Positions 36,989 to 48,112 of a DNA stretch of 64,000 nt are shown in pieces. Below the pieces are notes generated by a model that was not told the DNA's origin, ran no database searches, and saw only the letters and a list, made by a program, of their open reading frames with translations. A program made the translations under genes and the position numbers. Where the stretch lies: positions 1,637-65,636 of the forward strand of contig DATFVB010000073.1 in assembly GCA_035260525.1 (NCBI GenBank), in the 5' to 3' direction. The stretch comes from Thermoanaerobaculia bacterium (GTDB taxonomy: Bacteria; Acidobacteriota; Thermoanaerobaculia; UBA5066; DATFVB01). How positions within the stretch are numbered: the first letter of the stretch is position 1; each line of letters begins with the position of its first letter.

Positions 36989-37477
36989 TCAGGCTCCCGC
37001 GAAAAGGTCGCGCCATTTTCGCTCGAGGAGCGCGCACTCGGATGCCCCCTCGGCGGGCGCCCACGACGCGAGGTCTTCCGCGACCGGCGGCGCGTACGGG
37101 CCGGCCTTCGTCTCGAAGAAGACGCTGCCGGGAGAGAGCGCGACGAGCGTGTGCCACGCCTCGGGAGGGAAATCGGCCCCGAGCGTCTCCCCGGCGGCGT
37201 CGAGCGCCCGGCGGCCGACGACCGTCCCCGCGTCGTCGAAGAAGAGGATCCCGATGCGCCCGCCGACGACGATCGCGGTTTCGCTCTTCGGCGGATGGAG
37301 GTGCCGGTGCGGGCGGACGTAGGTCCCGGGCTCCATCGCGTTCAACAGCCGGTGAACGGGGTCCTCCATCGCGTGGAGGTTGCGGTTCCGGCGGCGCCGC
37401 GGCGATTCCTTCGCCTCCCGCGAGAGCGCTTCGATCGCCTCGCGCGTGATCCACGCCGGACCACGGCGTTCGTTCAC
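36989..37477 (-). CDS. WbuC-family cupin
   Basis: SPRRRRNRNLHA ... RLLNAMEPGTYVRPHRH signature. GTG start at 37477 (GTGA overlap with the protease stop). An alternative ATG lies at 37369. Confidence 0.6.
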   Translation of the reverse strand: MNERRGPAWITREAIEALSREAKESPRRRRNRNLHAMEDPVHRLLNAMEPGTYVRPHRHLHPPKSETAIVVGGRIGILFFDDAGTVVGRRALDAAGETLGADFPPEAWHTLVALSPGSVFFETKAGPYAPPVAEDLASWAPAEGASECALLERKWRDLFAGA

Positions 37478-39933
37478 GCTCCCCCGCGGGGGACCGGGGA
37501 AACTCCGATCGGGCGCCCGGGCGGCGCCGCGGGCGCGGGACGGCGATTTCGGCGGACCTCCGGCTTCTCGAGAAACTCCGAAAGGTCCCGCCGCGCGAGA
37601 AAGAGGTGCGCCCGGCCGGCGGCGTCGGCCGCCTTCATCGCGTTCATCCGGGCTCGCAGGTCCGTCAGCGCGAGAAGCGTCCGTCCCCGGACTTCCGGCG
37701 CCGCCGTCTCGTCCGCCGCGAGATCCATCATCCGATCGAGGACGACCCGCTGCGACACGCGCCGCAGGGCCGCCAAACGCGCCGTCCGGTCCGGCGGCGC
37801 GTCCCACGTCGCGGCGACGAGAGCGCGGAGGAGCTCTTCGAGGGACGGCGCTCCGGATTCGGGGTCGAGCGTGAGGCGCGCCGCCCGCCTCGGGTCGAGG
37901 AGCGGCGCGACGACGAGGTCCGAGAGGCTGCGCGCGGCCGTCAGCGGGCTGAACGTCTCGCCCGCTTCCGACGGAAACCGCTCCCGCGTGGGGTTCTCGC
38001 CCTGCGGCGCCGCGACCAGAGCGGCGGTGATCCGGTCGGGGATGTCGAGGTTCTCGGGGCGGAGCGCCTCGAGGAGCCGTTCGATCGCTTCCTTCTGCCG
38101 CGCGGCGGCGACCCAGGCCACGGGCTTCTGGCCGTCGCCGGCGACCGCGTTGGTCTGGTACTGGCCTCCCACGAACTGCTGCGCCGTCTGGATGGCGAAA
38201 CGGTGGTACAGGTAGGCGAGCGAGAAGCGCCTCTGCAGGTCGTAGACCGGCTCACCGGGCGAGAGCTGCCCCGGTCCGAAGCGGTCGAGGATCACGCGGC
38301 GCACCCGGAGCGTCGTGTCGAGCCATCGCACCGGATCCGCCCCCCAGTCGTACTCGGCCCAGCGGGGATCGCTCTCGAGCGGATAGACGTCGCCGCGCGC
38401 GTATCCCTCCCGCACGATCGCGTCGAGCTCCCGCGGGCTCGCGTCCGCGGAGTAACCCCACCGGATCATCAGGCGGTCGTACGAGCCGATGTCGTTCGGG
38501 TAGGCGTCCGAAAAGTCGAGGCGCCCGTCCTTGAGCTGGACGTTGGCCGCGAGGTAGTCCATGACCGACCCCCACCCGAAGGTGGTCGCCGCCCAGTCGT
38601 GCATCAGCCCGAGCGTGTGGCCGACCTCGTGCGCCACCAGATAGCGGAGCCGCTCCAGGACGAGATTCTCTTCGGCGATCCCCGGATCGCCCGGACCTTC
38701 GGCGGCGAGCCAGGAGAGATCCGGCGCGTCGCCGGCGTCGCAGGCGAGCGGCGACGGCGAGCGCGTCGGCGGGAGGAAATTCCGCCACATCCGGGAGGTG
38801 GTGCGGCGGCGGTGGGAGTCGATGCGGGCGACGCCGTGGAGGATCTCTCCCGTGCGGGGATCGACCTGGATCTCGCCGAACGACCAGCTGCGGTCGACCC
38901 GGTTCACCCATTCGATGCCGGAATAGCGGGCGTCGAGGAAGGTCGCTCCTTCGGGGAGGTCCTTCAGCACGAACGCCCCGGGAAGCCCCGCCTCGGCGAA
39001 CGCGTGGTTCCACCAGAGCGCCGCCTCCTTCATCGCGCTTCGCTCGGGCTCCGGAATCCCCCGGTCGAGGTAATACACGATCGGGTGCGACGCGTCGACG
39101 CGCCAGCGGCACGCGAGATACCGCTCGATCGGCTCCGTGAACGTCGCCGTCTGGTCCCGGTAGAAGAGCGGGATGAACCCGATCCGCGGGTCGAGCGGCC
39201 GCGGCGCGTATCCGGGCGCGGGGAGCGCCAGGAACGTGTGGTGCACGCGGAGCGTCATCGTGCGCCCGTCGGGCAGCACGGACGCGACCGCCGCCGGCGG
39301 ATCGTCGGAGGCTACGGTGATCTGGGCCTCGATCTCCGTGTTCTTCGGGAACGCGCCCGTCCGTTCGAAGTTGAGGGACGAGCGCGACGGATCCGCGCGC
39401 CATTCTCCCTGCTTCGCCTCCTTGAGCCGCGCCGCGATTCCCGGGTCGCGGATCAGGAACTCGGTGGCGTCGGCGAGGACCGTGCCGCCCGTCTCGGCGA
39501 CGATCGCGAACGAGGCCACGACCGAGGTCGGAAACGACTCCGCCACCACGCGCGCCTGCTCCGGGTCGGCGCTCCCGCTCCGGTTCTCCGTCTGCTTCTG
39601 GACGAGGAGCGCGCGCGGGCCGATCCGCTCGAAGTGACAGAGCCCGAGCGACCCGATCTCCCCGCGGTCGAGCGTGGGTTCGAGGAGCCCCGCGCCCGAC
39701 GCGAGCCCGGACCCGTACAGGAAGTCCTCGTTCCAGCGGCCGATCTCGAGGAGGAGCGCGCCGCGCCGCGCGTCCCAGTAATACGGGAGGAACCCGTCGT
39801 GGCGGGCGAGCCCGGCCGCGCGCTCGGCGATTGGCGGCAGAGGCTCGAGCTTTTCCGCTGCCCGCGCCGCGGGGAGGAAGAAGAGAAATGCGGTTCCCGC
39901 CAGAAGAAGACGTCGCGTCGCGTTGTCGTGCAT
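37474..39933 (-). CDS. Secreted zinc-dependent metalloprotease (DUF4953/DUF5117-type met-zincin)
   Basis: Signal peptide. HEVGHTLGLMHD is the HExxHxxGxxH motif. Large N- and C-terminal extensions. Confidence 0.85.
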   Translation of the reverse strand: MHDNATRRLLLAGTAFLFFLPAARAAEKLEPLPPIAERAAGLARHDGFLPYYWDARRGALLLEIGRWNEDFLYGSGLASGAGLLEPTLDRGEIGSLGLCHFERIGPRALLVQKQTENRSGSADPEQARVVAESFPTSVVASFAIVAETGGTVLADATEFLIRDPGIAARLKEAKQGEWRADPSRSSLNFERTGAFPKNTEIEAQITVASDDPPAAVASVLPDGRTMTLRVHHTFLALPAPGYAPRPLDPRIGFIPLFYRDQTATFTEPIERYLACRWRVDASHPIVYYLDRGIPEPERSAMKEAALWWNHAFAEAGLPGAFVLKDLPEGATFLDARYSGIEWVNRVDRSWSFGEIQVDPRTGEILHGVARIDSHRRRTTSRMWRNFLPPTRSPSPLACDAGDAPDLSWLAAEGPGDPGIAEENLVLERLRYLVAHEVGHTLGLMHDWAATTFGWGSVMDYLAANVQLKDGRLDFSDAYPNDIGSYDRLMIRWGYSADASPRELDAIVREGYARGDVYPLESDPRWAEYDWGADPVRWLDTTLRVRRVILDRFGPGQLSPGEPVYDLQRRFSLAYLYHRFAIQTAQQFVGGQYQTNAVAGDGQKPVAWVAAARQKEAIERLLEALRPENLDIPDRITAALVAAPQGENPTRERFPSEAGETFSPLTAARSLSDLVVAPLLDPRRAARLTLDPESGAPSLEELLRALVAATWDAPPDRTARLAALRRVSQRVVLDRMMDLAADETAAPEVRGRTLLALTDLRARMNAMKAADAAGRAHLFLARRDLSEFLEKPEVRRNRRPAPAAPPGRPIGVSPVPRGGA

Positions 39934-39995
39934 GGAGCGATTTAATCACGCCGCCGCGCGGCGCTCGGACCGGCCTCGCCGGTAAGATCGCGCCG

Positions 39996-40991
39996 ATGAC
40001 CGACGCGAATTTCGGGCCGCCGCGCTGGCTGCGCAACGCGCACCTCCAGCTCGCGGGCGGCGCCCTCCTCCGGAGCCGCCGGCGCGTCGCGTATCGGCGC
40101 GAATTCCTCCCCACCCCCGACGGAGACGAGATCCTCCTCGATCATGCGGAATCCGGCCCGGAAGATCGCCCCCGCCTCCTCCTGCTCCACGGTCTCGAGG
40201 GGAGCTCGTATTCGACTTACGTCCAGGGACTCGCCGCGCTCGCGGCGGCGCGCCGATGGAACGTCACGGTGCTCAACTTCCGCTCGTGCGCGCGCGATCC
40301 GGGCCGGCTCTTTCGCCGCGTCGAGAACCGGACGGCCCGGCTCTATCACTCCGGCGAGACCGGCGACCTCGGCTTCGTCCTCGATCTCCTCGGGCGGCGC
40401 GCGCGGTCGCCGATCCTCGCCGCGGGCGCGTCGATGGGCGGCAATGTCCTCCTGAAGTGGCTCGGGGAGAACCGGGGCGCCGGGAAGATCCGCGCCGCGG
40501 CGGCGATCTCGACGCCGTACGACCTCCTCGCGTGCGCGCGACACCTCGAGCGCGGCGCCGGCCCGGTCTACACGTCGGTGTTCCTTCGGACGCTCAAGCC
40601 GAAGGCGTTCTCGGTCCTGCGCCGGTTCCCGCCGGCGGCCGAGCGCATCGACCGCGAAAAACTCGAGCGCGCCCGGACGTTTTTCGACTTCGACGACGCG
40701 GCGACCGCCCCGCTCCACGGCTTCACGGGCGCGGCGGACTACTACGCGCGATCGAGCTCCATCGGTTTCCTGCCCCGAATCGACGTCCCGACGCTCTGCG
40801 TCACGGCCCGAAACGACCCCTTCCTGCCGGAGGAGGCCGTCGAGCGCGCCCGCGCGGCGGCGTCGCCCGCGGTCGACTTCCGCGTCACCGCCTCCGGGAG
40901 CCACCTCGGCTTCCCCGAAGGCCCGCCCTGGGCCCTTCGCTCCTGGGCGGAGTCGGCGGTCGTCGCGTGGCTGGAAGCCCGACTTGGCTGA
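39996..40991 (+). CDS. Alpha/beta-fold hydrolase (YheT-like)
   Basis: LLLLHGLEGS, GASMGGN nucleophile elbow, and a C-terminal His region. Confidence 0.8.
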   Translation: MTDANFGPPRWLRNAHLQLAGGALLRSRRRVAYRREFLPTPDGDEILLDHAESGPEDRPRLLLLHGLEGSSYSTYVQGLAALAAARRWNVTVLNFRSCARDPGRLFRRVENRTARLYHSGETGDLGFVLDLLGRRARSPILAAGASMGGNVLLKWLGENRGAGKIRAAAAISTPYDLLACARHLERGAGPVYTSVFLRTLKPKAFSVLRRFPPAAERIDREKLERARTFFDFDDAATAPLHGFTGAADYYARSSSIGFLPRIDVPTLCVTARNDPFLPEEAVERARAAASPAVDFRVTASGSHLGFPEGPPWALRSWAESAVVAWLEARLG

Positions 40992-41757
40992 TCGGATCGT
41001 CCGGCGCCTCCGCTTCCTCGGACGCCTCGGCCACTTCGCGCGCGGACTCGTCTATCTCGCGATGGGGTACCTCGCCCTGCGCGCGGCGCTCGCGACGGGC
41101 GCCGGCCGCGCCGCCGGTCCGGACGACGCCCTCCGGTGGGTTCTCGGGGAGCGGCATGGGCCGCTTCTCGTCGCGCTCGCCGCGGGCGGGCTCTTCGCGG
41201 ACGCTTTGCTGCGCTTCGTCGAGGCCTTCACCCGGCGGTCGCCGGCGAGCCGCATCGCGTCCGCGGCCCGCGGCGCCGCCGCCCTCCTTCTCGGCGCCAC
41301 GGCGCTCCGCGTCGAGCATCACGTCCGGCGCTCCGCGGACGGAGCGGTCGTCCGCAGGAGCGTGGCCTGGCTCCTCGGGCGGAGCTGGGGCCCGCGCGCG
41401 CTCGTCGCGGCGGGCGCCGCCGCGGGGGTCCTCGCTCTCTTCGAGATCGCGCAGGGAGCGACGGGCCGGCTGAAGGAGCGATTCCGCCGGCGATCGATGG
41501 GGCGGCGGCAGCACGAGTGGGCGGAGACGGTCTCGCGGGCCGGGATCGCGGCGCACGGCGCCCTTCTCGGCCTGATCGGCTGGTTCCTCCTCCGGGCGGG
41601 GCTCGAAGGGGATCCCCGCAAGGTCGTCGACGCCGGCGGCGCGCTTCGCCGCGTCGAGCGCCTGCCGTTGGGTCCCGGCCTCCTCGCGGCCATCGCCGCC
41701 GGGCTCGCCGCCTACGGCCTGTCGCAGTGGCTGCTGGTGTTTTATCGGCGGGACTAA
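40984..41757 (+). CDS. DUF1206 membrane protein
   Basis: Repeated TM pairs with the YLAMGYLALRAAL pattern. Confidence 0.6.
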   Translation: MADRIVRRLRFLGRLGHFARGLVYLAMGYLALRAALATGAGRAAGPDDALRWVLGERHGPLLVALAAGGLFADALLRFVEAFTRRSPASRIASAARGAAALLLGATALRVEHHVRRSADGAVVRRSVAWLLGRSWGPRALVAAGAAAGVLALFEIAQGATGRLKERFRRRSMGRRQHEWAETVSRAGIAAHGALLGLIGWFLLRAGLEGDPRKVVDAGGALRRVERLPLGPGLLAAIAAGLAAYGLSQWLLVFYRRD

Positions 41758-41804
41758 TATCCCGGCGGGCACTCTGAACGGTCCCGCCGCAGTGACCCGC
41801 CCCG

Positions 41805-42116
41805 TCAGCGGGGCGCGGCGGGCGCGAGGGAGTCGAGCGACTCCTTCCCGAACGTCGGAAGCCAGACCTGCAGCTCGTACTGCGCGATCCCTTTCCGGAC
41901 GAACGGGTCGCCGTCGCGAATCGCGTCGAGATCCTCCCGGGGCGTCGCGTCGGAGACTCGCAGCAGCAGAGCGGCGCCGCTCCGCGGGTCGAACGGACCC
42001 GACGCGAGCACGGTCCCGCGCGCGTGGAGCACGCCGAGGTACGCGCGATGCTCGTCCAGGACCGCGAGCACCTCGTCGAGCGCGCGCCGGTAGCGAATGA
42101 TCGCGATCGCGTACAT
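41805..42116 (-). CDS. YciI-like protein (dimeric alpha/beta barrel)
   Basis: 103 aa, [10 protein letters not shown] ... GPF. Typical YciI size and motifs. Confidence 0.65.
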   Translation of the reverse strand: MYAIAIIRYRRALDEVLAVLDEHRAYLGVLHARGTVLASGPFDPRSGAALLLRVSDATPREDLDAIRDGDPFVRKGIAQYELQVWLPTFGKESLDSLAPAAPR

Positions 42117-42149
42117 GCGGCGAGGATAGCATCGGGTACAATCGAGGAA

Positions 42150-45020
42150 ATGACCGACCCGAGCCGGGCGCCGGCGCCGGAGCGGCCCTCGACGCAAGAG
42201 ATCGTCTCCGAGCTGGAAGCCCTGCTCCAGGCGCAGAGCGATCTCGGTCAGGGCTTCTTCGTCGCCGACGGAGAGAAGCTGGTATCCGCCAACGAGGCGT
42301 TCTGCCGGCTGACCGGGTACACGGCCGATGAGCTCCTCGAGCTCCCCTCCCTTCTCGAGCTCGTGCCGGCGGAGGAGCGCCGGGGCCTGCGCCGGCAGCT
42401 CCGCCACCGGCGGGCTGCCTTCTCCTCCAAGTACACGTTCGAGACCGCGATCGTGAGCAAGTCCGGAGAACGGGTCGAGATGGAGATCGTCTTCAAGCCC
42501 TTCGGCGCGGAAGCGAGCCTCAAGCTGATCGCGGTGGTCCGCGACATCACCGCGCGCAAGAGGGACGAACAGAAGCTCCGCGAGGCGCTCTCGCTCGTGT
42601 CCGCCACGCTCGAGTCCACGGCGGACGGGCTCCTCGTCGTCGACGCCGCGGGAAAGATCGTCAGCGCGAATCGACGGTTCGTCCGGATGTGGCGGATCCC
42701 GGAGGCGGTGCTCGCGACCGGCGACGACGACGCGGCGCTGTCGGTCGTCCTCGAGCAGCTCTCCGATCCCGATGCCTTCCTGCGGAAGGTGCGGGACCTG
42801 TACTCACAGCCCGAAGCCGAGAGCTTCGACGTCCTCCATTTCCGCGATGGGCGCGTCTTCGAGCGCTACTCGATCCCCCAGCGCCTCCACGGCCGGGCGA
42901 TCGGCCGGGTCTGGAGCTTCCGCGACGTCAGCGAGCGCCACCGGGCCGAATCCGCGCTCCGCGATAGCGAGGAGCGCCACCGGGCCGTCGTGGAGACGTT
43001 GAACGAAGGCCTCCTGATCACGGACGGCGCCGACCGCATCCTCTTCTCGAACGAGCGGATGGCGGCGATGACGGGGTACGCCGTCCCGGAGATGGTCGGC
43101 CGCCCGGCGAGCGAGCTCTTCCTCGCGCCGAAGGACTGGCCGGCGATCGACGCGCGGAACCGGCGGCGGCTGCGCGGCCATTCCGAACGCTACGAGGTCG
43201 AGATGCGGCGCCAGGACGGCACGGTCTTCTTCGCCGAGGTCAACGCGATCCCGTTCCGGAACGCCGGGGGGAGCGTCGTCGGGACGCTGGGCGCGATCAC
43301 CGACATCACGGAGCGCAAGCGCGCGGAGGACTCCCTCCGCCGGTCGGCGCGCGAATACCAGGATCTCTTCGAGAGCGCCAACGACGCCATCCTCATCCTC
43401 CGTCCCGAGTCGCAGATGATCCTGGAGGCGAACCGGAAGGCCTGCGAGACGTACGGCCTGCCGCGGGACCAGATCGTCGGCATGAGCCTGAAGAACTTCA
43501 CCCGCGACGTTCCCCGGAGCGAGGAGCAGATCCGCCGGATCCTGCGCGAAGGCGCGTCGGAGAACCTCGAGACCGTTCACTTTCACCGCGACGGCACGCC
43601 GATCGACCTCCTCGTGAGCTCGTCCGTGGTCGAGTACCGGGGAGAGGGCGCGATCCTGTCGGTCTGCCGCGACATCACCGAGAGCAAGCGCGCGAAACAG
43701 GAGATCGAGCGGCTCGCCTACCACGACCCGCTCACCGACCTCCCCAACCGAGCCCGGTTCGCGGACCGGCTCGAGATCGCGCTCTCGCAGGCCCGCCGCG
43801 AGGGGTTCCCTCTCGCGATCCTCTTCCTCGACCTCGACCGCTTCAAGGTGGTCAACGACAGTCTCGGCCACAAGGTCGGCGACCTCCTCCTGCAGAAGGT
43901 GGCGCTCCGGCTCTCGCAGATGATCCGCGGCGGGGACACCCTCGCGCGGCTCGGCGGGGACGAGTTCATCATCCTGCTGTCGCGGATCGTGCAGGACGAG
44001 GACGCCGCGCGCGTCGCCCAGAACGTGCTCGCCCTCTTCCGCAAGCCATTCGTCCTCGGCGAACGGGAGCTCTTCATCACGGCGTCGATCGGGATCAGCC
44101 TCTTCCCGCGGCACGGCGAGGACCGGGAATCGCTCGTCAAGAACGCCGACATCGCGATGTACCGCGCCAAGCAGGAAGGACGCGACAACTTCCAGTTCCA
44201 CACCTCGCAGCACACGCACGACGCGATCCGGCGCCTCGCGCTCGAGACGGACCTCCGCAAGGCGCTCGACCAGGACCAGGTCGGCGTCTATTTCCAGCCC
44301 CTCGTCGACACCCGCACGGGCGCGCTCGTGGGCGCCGAGGCGCTCGCGCGGTGGGAGCATCCGCTCCGCGGTCTGCTGAGACCGTCGGAATTCATCCCGA
44401 TCGCGGAGGAGACGGGTCTCATCGTCCCGCTCGGCGCCCGGATCCTTCGTGCGGCGTGCGAGCAAATGCGCGTATGGCACGCGGCCGGCCGCCCGGAGCT
44501 GCGCCTGTCGGTGAACCTCTCCGCCCGGCAATTCCACCAGAAGGAGCTCGCCGCGCAGGTCGACCGCGTCCTGCGGGAGACCGGGCTCGCCGCCGGGATG
44601 CTCGAGCTCGAGATCACCGAGAGCATCGCGATGAAGGACGTCGCCGCGAGCGTCGTCGCGCTGCGCGCGTTGAAGGACCTCGGCGTCCGGATCACGATCG
44701 ACGACTTCGGGACCGGCTACTCCTCCCTCTCGTATCTGAAGAAGTTCCCGATCGACACGATCAAGATCGACCAGGCGTTCGTGCACGACGTCTGCTCCGA
44801 CGCCAACGACGCGGCGATCGTCCGCGCCGCGATCGTGATGGCCCACGAGCTGAAGCTCGACGTGATCGCGGAAGGCGTCGAGACCGACGACCAGGTCGCG
44901 TTCCTGCGGCGGCGCGATTGCCACGTGATGCAGGGGTATCTCTTCAGCGAGCCGGTCCCGTCCGACGCGTTCCACGCCCTGCTGCGCGCGAAGACGGTCT
45001 ACGAAGCCCCGCCCGGCTGA
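42150..45020 (+). CDS. Multi-PAS sensor diguanylate cyclase/phosphodiesterase (PAS x4, GGDEF, EAL)
   Basis: ATG at 42150 with a GAGGAAA RBS. Four PAS blocks. GGDEF in RLGGDEF, EAL in EALARWEHP. Both motifs are intact. Confidence 0.9.
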   Translation: MTDPSRAPAPERPSTQEIVSELEALLQAQSDLGQGFFVADGEKLVSANEAFCRLTGYTADELLELPSLLELVPAEERRGLRRQLRHRRAAFSSKYTFETAIVSKSGERVEMEIVFKPFGAEASLKLIAVVRDITARKRDEQKLREALSLVSATLESTADGLLVVDAAGKIVSANRRFVRMWRIPEAVLATGDDDAALSVVLEQLSDPDAFLRKVRDLYSQPEAESFDVLHFRDGRVFERYSIPQRLHGRAIGRVWSFRDVSERHRAESALRDSEERHRAVVETLNEGLLITDGADRILFSNERMAAMTGYAVPEMVGRPASELFLAPKDWPAIDARNRRRLRGHSERYEVEMRRQDGTVFFAEVNAIPFRNAGGSVVGTLGAITDITERKRAEDSLRRSAREYQDLFESANDAILILRPESQMILEANRKACETYGLPRDQIVGMSLKNFTRDVPRSEEQIRRILREGASENLETVHFHRDGTPIDLLVSSSVVEYRGEGAILSVCRDITESKRAKQEIERLAYHDPLTDLPNRARFADRLEIALSQARREGFPLAILFLDLDRFKVVNDSLGHKVGDLLLQKVALRLSQMIRGGDTLARLGGDEFIILLSRIVQDEDAARVAQNVLALFRKPFVLGERELFITASIGISLFPRHGEDRESLVKNADIAMYRAKQEGRDNFQFHTSQHTHDAIRRLALETDLRKALDQDQVGVYFQPLVDTRTGALVGAEALARWEHPLRGLLRPSEFIPIAEETGLIVPLGARILRAACEQMRVWHAAGRPELRLSVNLSARQFHQKELAAQVDRVLRETGLAAGMLELEITESIAMKDVAASVVALRALKDLGVRITIDDFGTGYSSLSYLKKFPIDTIKIDQAFVHDVCSDANDAAIVRAAIVMAHELKLDVIAEGVETDDQVAFLRRRDCHVMQGYLFSEPVPSDAFHALLRAKTVYEAPPG

Positions 45021-45514
45021 TCCGGGGCGGGATGCGGGGGGCGCTCGCCGCGGACGAGCGCGATCGCGTGGGGCAGGAGCGCGGCGACGGACCGAAAGCA
45101 TTCGACCGCCCCGCGCGGCGAGCCGGGAAGCGCGAGGCAGACCGTGGCGCCGGCGACGCCGGCGACCTCGCGGGAGAGGTAGGCCGCGGGGAACGCCGCT
45201 CCCGTCTCCGCGCGCATCTTCTCCGCGAGGCCGGGAATCTCGAAATCGACGGCGTCCCGGAAGGCCTCGGGGGTCCGGTCCCGGGGCGACACTCCCGTTC
45301 CGCCGGTCGCGAGGACGAGGTCGAGCCCCGCGCGGCTCCATCTCCGGATTCGCTCCGCGATCGCCGTCCGGTCGTCGGCCACCACCGCGCTCTCCTCGAC
45401 GCGGACGTCCGGCAGCGCCTCTCGGCAGGCGGCGGCGAGCGCGGGCCCCCCGCCGTCCTCCCGCTCCCCCGCCGCGACCGCGTCGGAGACGGTGAGGATC
45501 GCGACCCGGATCAT
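44999..45514 (-). CDS. mogA: Molybdopterin adenylyltransferase / MoaB-MogA family
   Basis: ILTVSD ... [14 protein letters not shown] motifs. Confidence 0.85.
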   Translation of the reverse strand: MIRVAILTVSDAVAAGEREDGGGPALAAACREALPDVRVEESAVVADDRTAIAERIRRWSRAGLDLVLATGGTGVSPRDRTPEAFRDAVDFEIPGLAEKMRAETGAAFPAAYLSREVAGVAGATVCLALPGSPRGAVECFRSVAALLPHAIALVRGERPPHPAPDQPGGAS

Positions 45515-46020
45515 TCGCGCGGACGTCTCCGGGGTCCCCGGCGCGGCGGCGCGACGAAGCGTCCCGAGCGTCCGCCGCTCTTCTCGACGAGCATGATCTC
45601 CGCGATCCGGCACCCCCGGTCGATCCCTTTCACCATGTCGTAGAGCGCGAGGCACGCGGCCGCGACGGCGGTCAGCGCCTCCATTTCGACGCCGGTCTTC
45701 GCGTCGGTCGTCGCGCGCGCGGAGACGAAGACGCTCCGCGACGGGGCGTCGAGGACGAGGTCGACCGAGACCCCGTCGAGGGGCACCGGGTGGCACAGGG
45801 GCACGATCTCGGAGGTGCGCTTGGCCGCCTGGATGCCGGCAATCCGGGCGACCGCGAGCGCGTCACCCTTCGCCAGCGAGCCGGCGGCGAGGGCCTCGAA
45901 CGCCGCCGATGAGAGACGCACCTCCCCCCGAGCGACGGCCGCCCGCCGCGTGGCCGGCTTTTCACCGACATCGACCATTCGAGCCCGCCCGCGGGCGTCC
46001 ACGTGCGATTCGCGTCTCAT
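45511..46020 (-). CDS. moaC: Cyclic pyranopterin monophosphate synthase accessory protein MoaC
   Basis: SHVD ... MVDVGEK, IVPLCHP, MEALTAVAAACL motifs. Confidence 0.9.
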   Translation of the reverse strand: MRRESHVDARGRARMVDVGEKPATRRAAVARGEVRLSSAAFEALAAGSLAKGDALAVARIAGIQAAKRTSEIVPLCHPVPLDGVSVDLVLDAPSRSVFVSARATTDAKTGVEMEALTAVAAACLALYDMVKGIDRGCRIAEIMLVEKSGGRSGRFVAPPRRGPRRRPRE

Positions 46021-46055
46021 TTCGAGCGATTGTAAAGGTGAAATAATCCAAGCGC

Positions 46056-47993
46056 ATGGAGAACCCCGCCGATTTCGGGTTCGTCCGGGTGGCCGCCGCG
46101 GTCCCCGTGTGCACGCCGACGCGCCCCGACGTCAACGCGAACCGGATCGCCGCGCTCGCGGAGAAGGCCGCCGACGACGGCGCACGCGTCGTCGTCTTCC
46201 CGGAGCTCGCGATCTCGGGCTACACGTGCGGCGATCTCTTCCTCCAGAAACGGCTGGAGGAGGACGTCCGGAAGGCCGCGCAGGATCTGGCTGGCGCGCT
46301 TCCGCGGTCGGTCGTCGCCGTCGTCGGTGCCCCCTGGCGGTTCCGGGGGATGCTTTTCAATGCCGCGCTCGTCTTTTCCGGGGGGAGGCTCGCCGGCATC
46401 GTTCCGAAGACCTTCCTCCCGAACTACAAGGAGTTCTACGAGAAGCGCTGGTTCGTCTCCGGCGCGGCCACCGACGGCGGCGACTGCGTCGTCGGCCGGG
46501 AACCGGTTCCCTTCGGCCGGGACCTCCTCTTCCGGGCAGGATGGGAACGGGAGCTCCTCTTCGGGGTCGAGATCTGCGAGGACCTCTGGGTGCCGACCCC
46601 GCCCTCGTCGGCCCAGGCCCTCGCGGGGGCGCAGCTCCTGATGAACCTCTCGGCCTCCGACGAGACGATCGGAAAGAGCGACTACCGGCGCACGCACCTC
46701 GTCGCGGCGCAGTCGGCGCGGTGCCTCGCGGGGCTGATCTACGTCTCGTGCGGACCGGGCGAGTCGTCGTCGGACCTCGTCTTCGGCGGCCACACGCTGA
46801 TCGCCGAGAACGGCGCGATCCTCGCCGAGGACCGGCGCTTCCAGGAGGGCCCGACGCTGACCGTCGCGGACGTCGATCTCGACCGGCTCACCGCCGACCG
46901 CGACCGGACCGGCAGCTTCGCCGACGCCGCCGCGGCGAGCGCGGCGCGATTCCGGACCGTGACGGTCTCGGAGAAGGCGGCCGCCGCCCGGAAGTTCACC
47001 CGGCGCATCGAGCCGGCGCCCTTCGTTCCGGCCGACCCGGCGACGCTCGACGCCCGCTGCGAGGAAGTCGTCCAGATCCAGACCGGGGGACTCCAGCGCC
47101 GCCTGCGACATCTGGCAAAGCTCCGGCCGGTCATCGGCCTCTCGGGCGGCCTCGACTCGGCGCTCGCCGGCCTCGTCTGCGCGCGGACGCTCATGAAGAT
47201 GGAGGTCGCGCCGCGTGCGCTTCTCGCGGTTTCGATGCCCGGCCCCGGAACTTCGGCTCGCACCCGGGAGAACGCCCGGAAGCTCGCCGGGTCCCTCGGC
47301 GCGGAGCTGCGCGAGATTTCGATCGACGCGGCGCTCGCGCAGCACTTGAAGGACATCGCCCACTCGGGCGCGCCCGACCGGACCTTCGAGAACGCGCAGT
47401 CGCGCGAGCGCACGCAGATTCTGATGGACCTCGCCAACGCCGAAGGGGGCGTCGTCATCGGGACGGCGGACCTCTCGGAGATCGCGCTCGGCTGGTCGAC
47501 CTACGGCGGCGACCACATCTCGATGTACGACGTCAACGCCTCCGTCCCGAAGACGCTCGTGCGGCAGGTCGTGGCCTGGTTCGCGCGCGGCGGCCCTCCC
47601 GCGCTCGCGGCCGTACTCGAGGACATTCTCGGGACGCCCGTCTCCCCCGAGCTCCTGCCGATGCGGGACGGCGCGATCCACCAGAAAACGGAGGAGATCC
47701 TCGGCCCGTTCGAGCTGCACGATTTCTTCCTCTATCACTTCCTCCGCGGCGGCGACCCCCCTCGGAAGCTCCTCTTCCTCGCCGCGCGCGCGTTCGACGG
47801 CGTCTACCCGGAGGACGTCCGCGTCAAGACGCTCCGCACCTTCCTCACCCGTTTCTTCGCGAACCAGTACAAGCGCAATGCGATGCCGGACGGGCCGAAG
47901 GTCGGCACGGTCGCGCTCTCGCCGCGCGGCGACTGGCGCATGCCCGCCGACGTCTCCGCGGAGACCTGGCTGGCGGATCTACCGGAGGATTAG
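46056..47993 (+). CDS. nadE: Glutamine-dependent NAD+ synthetase (N-terminal CN-hydrolase domain plus NadE)
   Basis: E/K/C triad of the nitrilase domain (FPELAISGY, NYKEF, EICEDLW). PP-loop GLSGGLDSAL. Confidence 0.9.
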   Translation: MENPADFGFVRVAAAVPVCTPTRPDVNANRIAALAEKAADDGARVVVFPELAISGYTCGDLFLQKRLEEDVRKAAQDLAGALPRSVVAVVGAPWRFRGMLFNAALVFSGGRLAGIVPKTFLPNYKEFYEKRWFVSGAATDGGDCVVGREPVPFGRDLLFRAGWERELLFGVEICEDLWVPTPPSSAQALAGAQLLMNLSASDETIGKSDYRRTHLVAAQSARCLAGLIYVSCGPGESSSDLVFGGHTLIAENGAILAEDRRFQEGPTLTVADVDLDRLTADRDRTGSFADAAAASAARFRTVTVSEKAAAARKFTRRIEPAPFVPADPATLDARCEEVVQIQTGGLQRRLRHLAKLRPVIGLSGGLDSALAGLVCARTLMKMEVAPRALLAVSMPGPGTSARTRENARKLAGSLGAELREISIDAALAQHLKDIAHSGAPDRTFENAQSRERTQILMDLANAEGGVVIGTADLSEIALGWSTYGGDHISMYDVNASVPKTLVRQVVAWFARGGPPALAAVLEDILGTPVSPELLPMRDGAIHQKTEEILGPFELHDFFLYHFLRGGDPPRKLLFLAARAFDGVYPEDVRVKTLRTFLTRFFANQYKRNAMPDGPKVGTVALSPRGDWRMPADVSAETWLADLPED

Positions 47994-48112
47994 TCGAAAG
48001 CCACAAAGTCGAAAGTCAAAGGTCAGGAGGCGAGCGGCGGGGGCCGCGGACCTCGGCTTTTCAGACCGCCGTTTTCGACTTTTGGACTTTCGACTTTCGA
48101 CTTTCCCTGTCA
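47993..48112. repeat. Long imperfect inverted repeat built from GTCGAAAG (left) and CTTTCGAC (right) octamers around a GC hairpin plus T4
   Basis: Left arm gtcgaaagccacaaagtcgaaagtcaaaggtc. Central gcggcgggggccgcggacctcggctttt. Right arm ttttcgacttttggactttcgactttcgactttcc. Lies between the convergent nadE and lptE. Confidence 0.6.
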
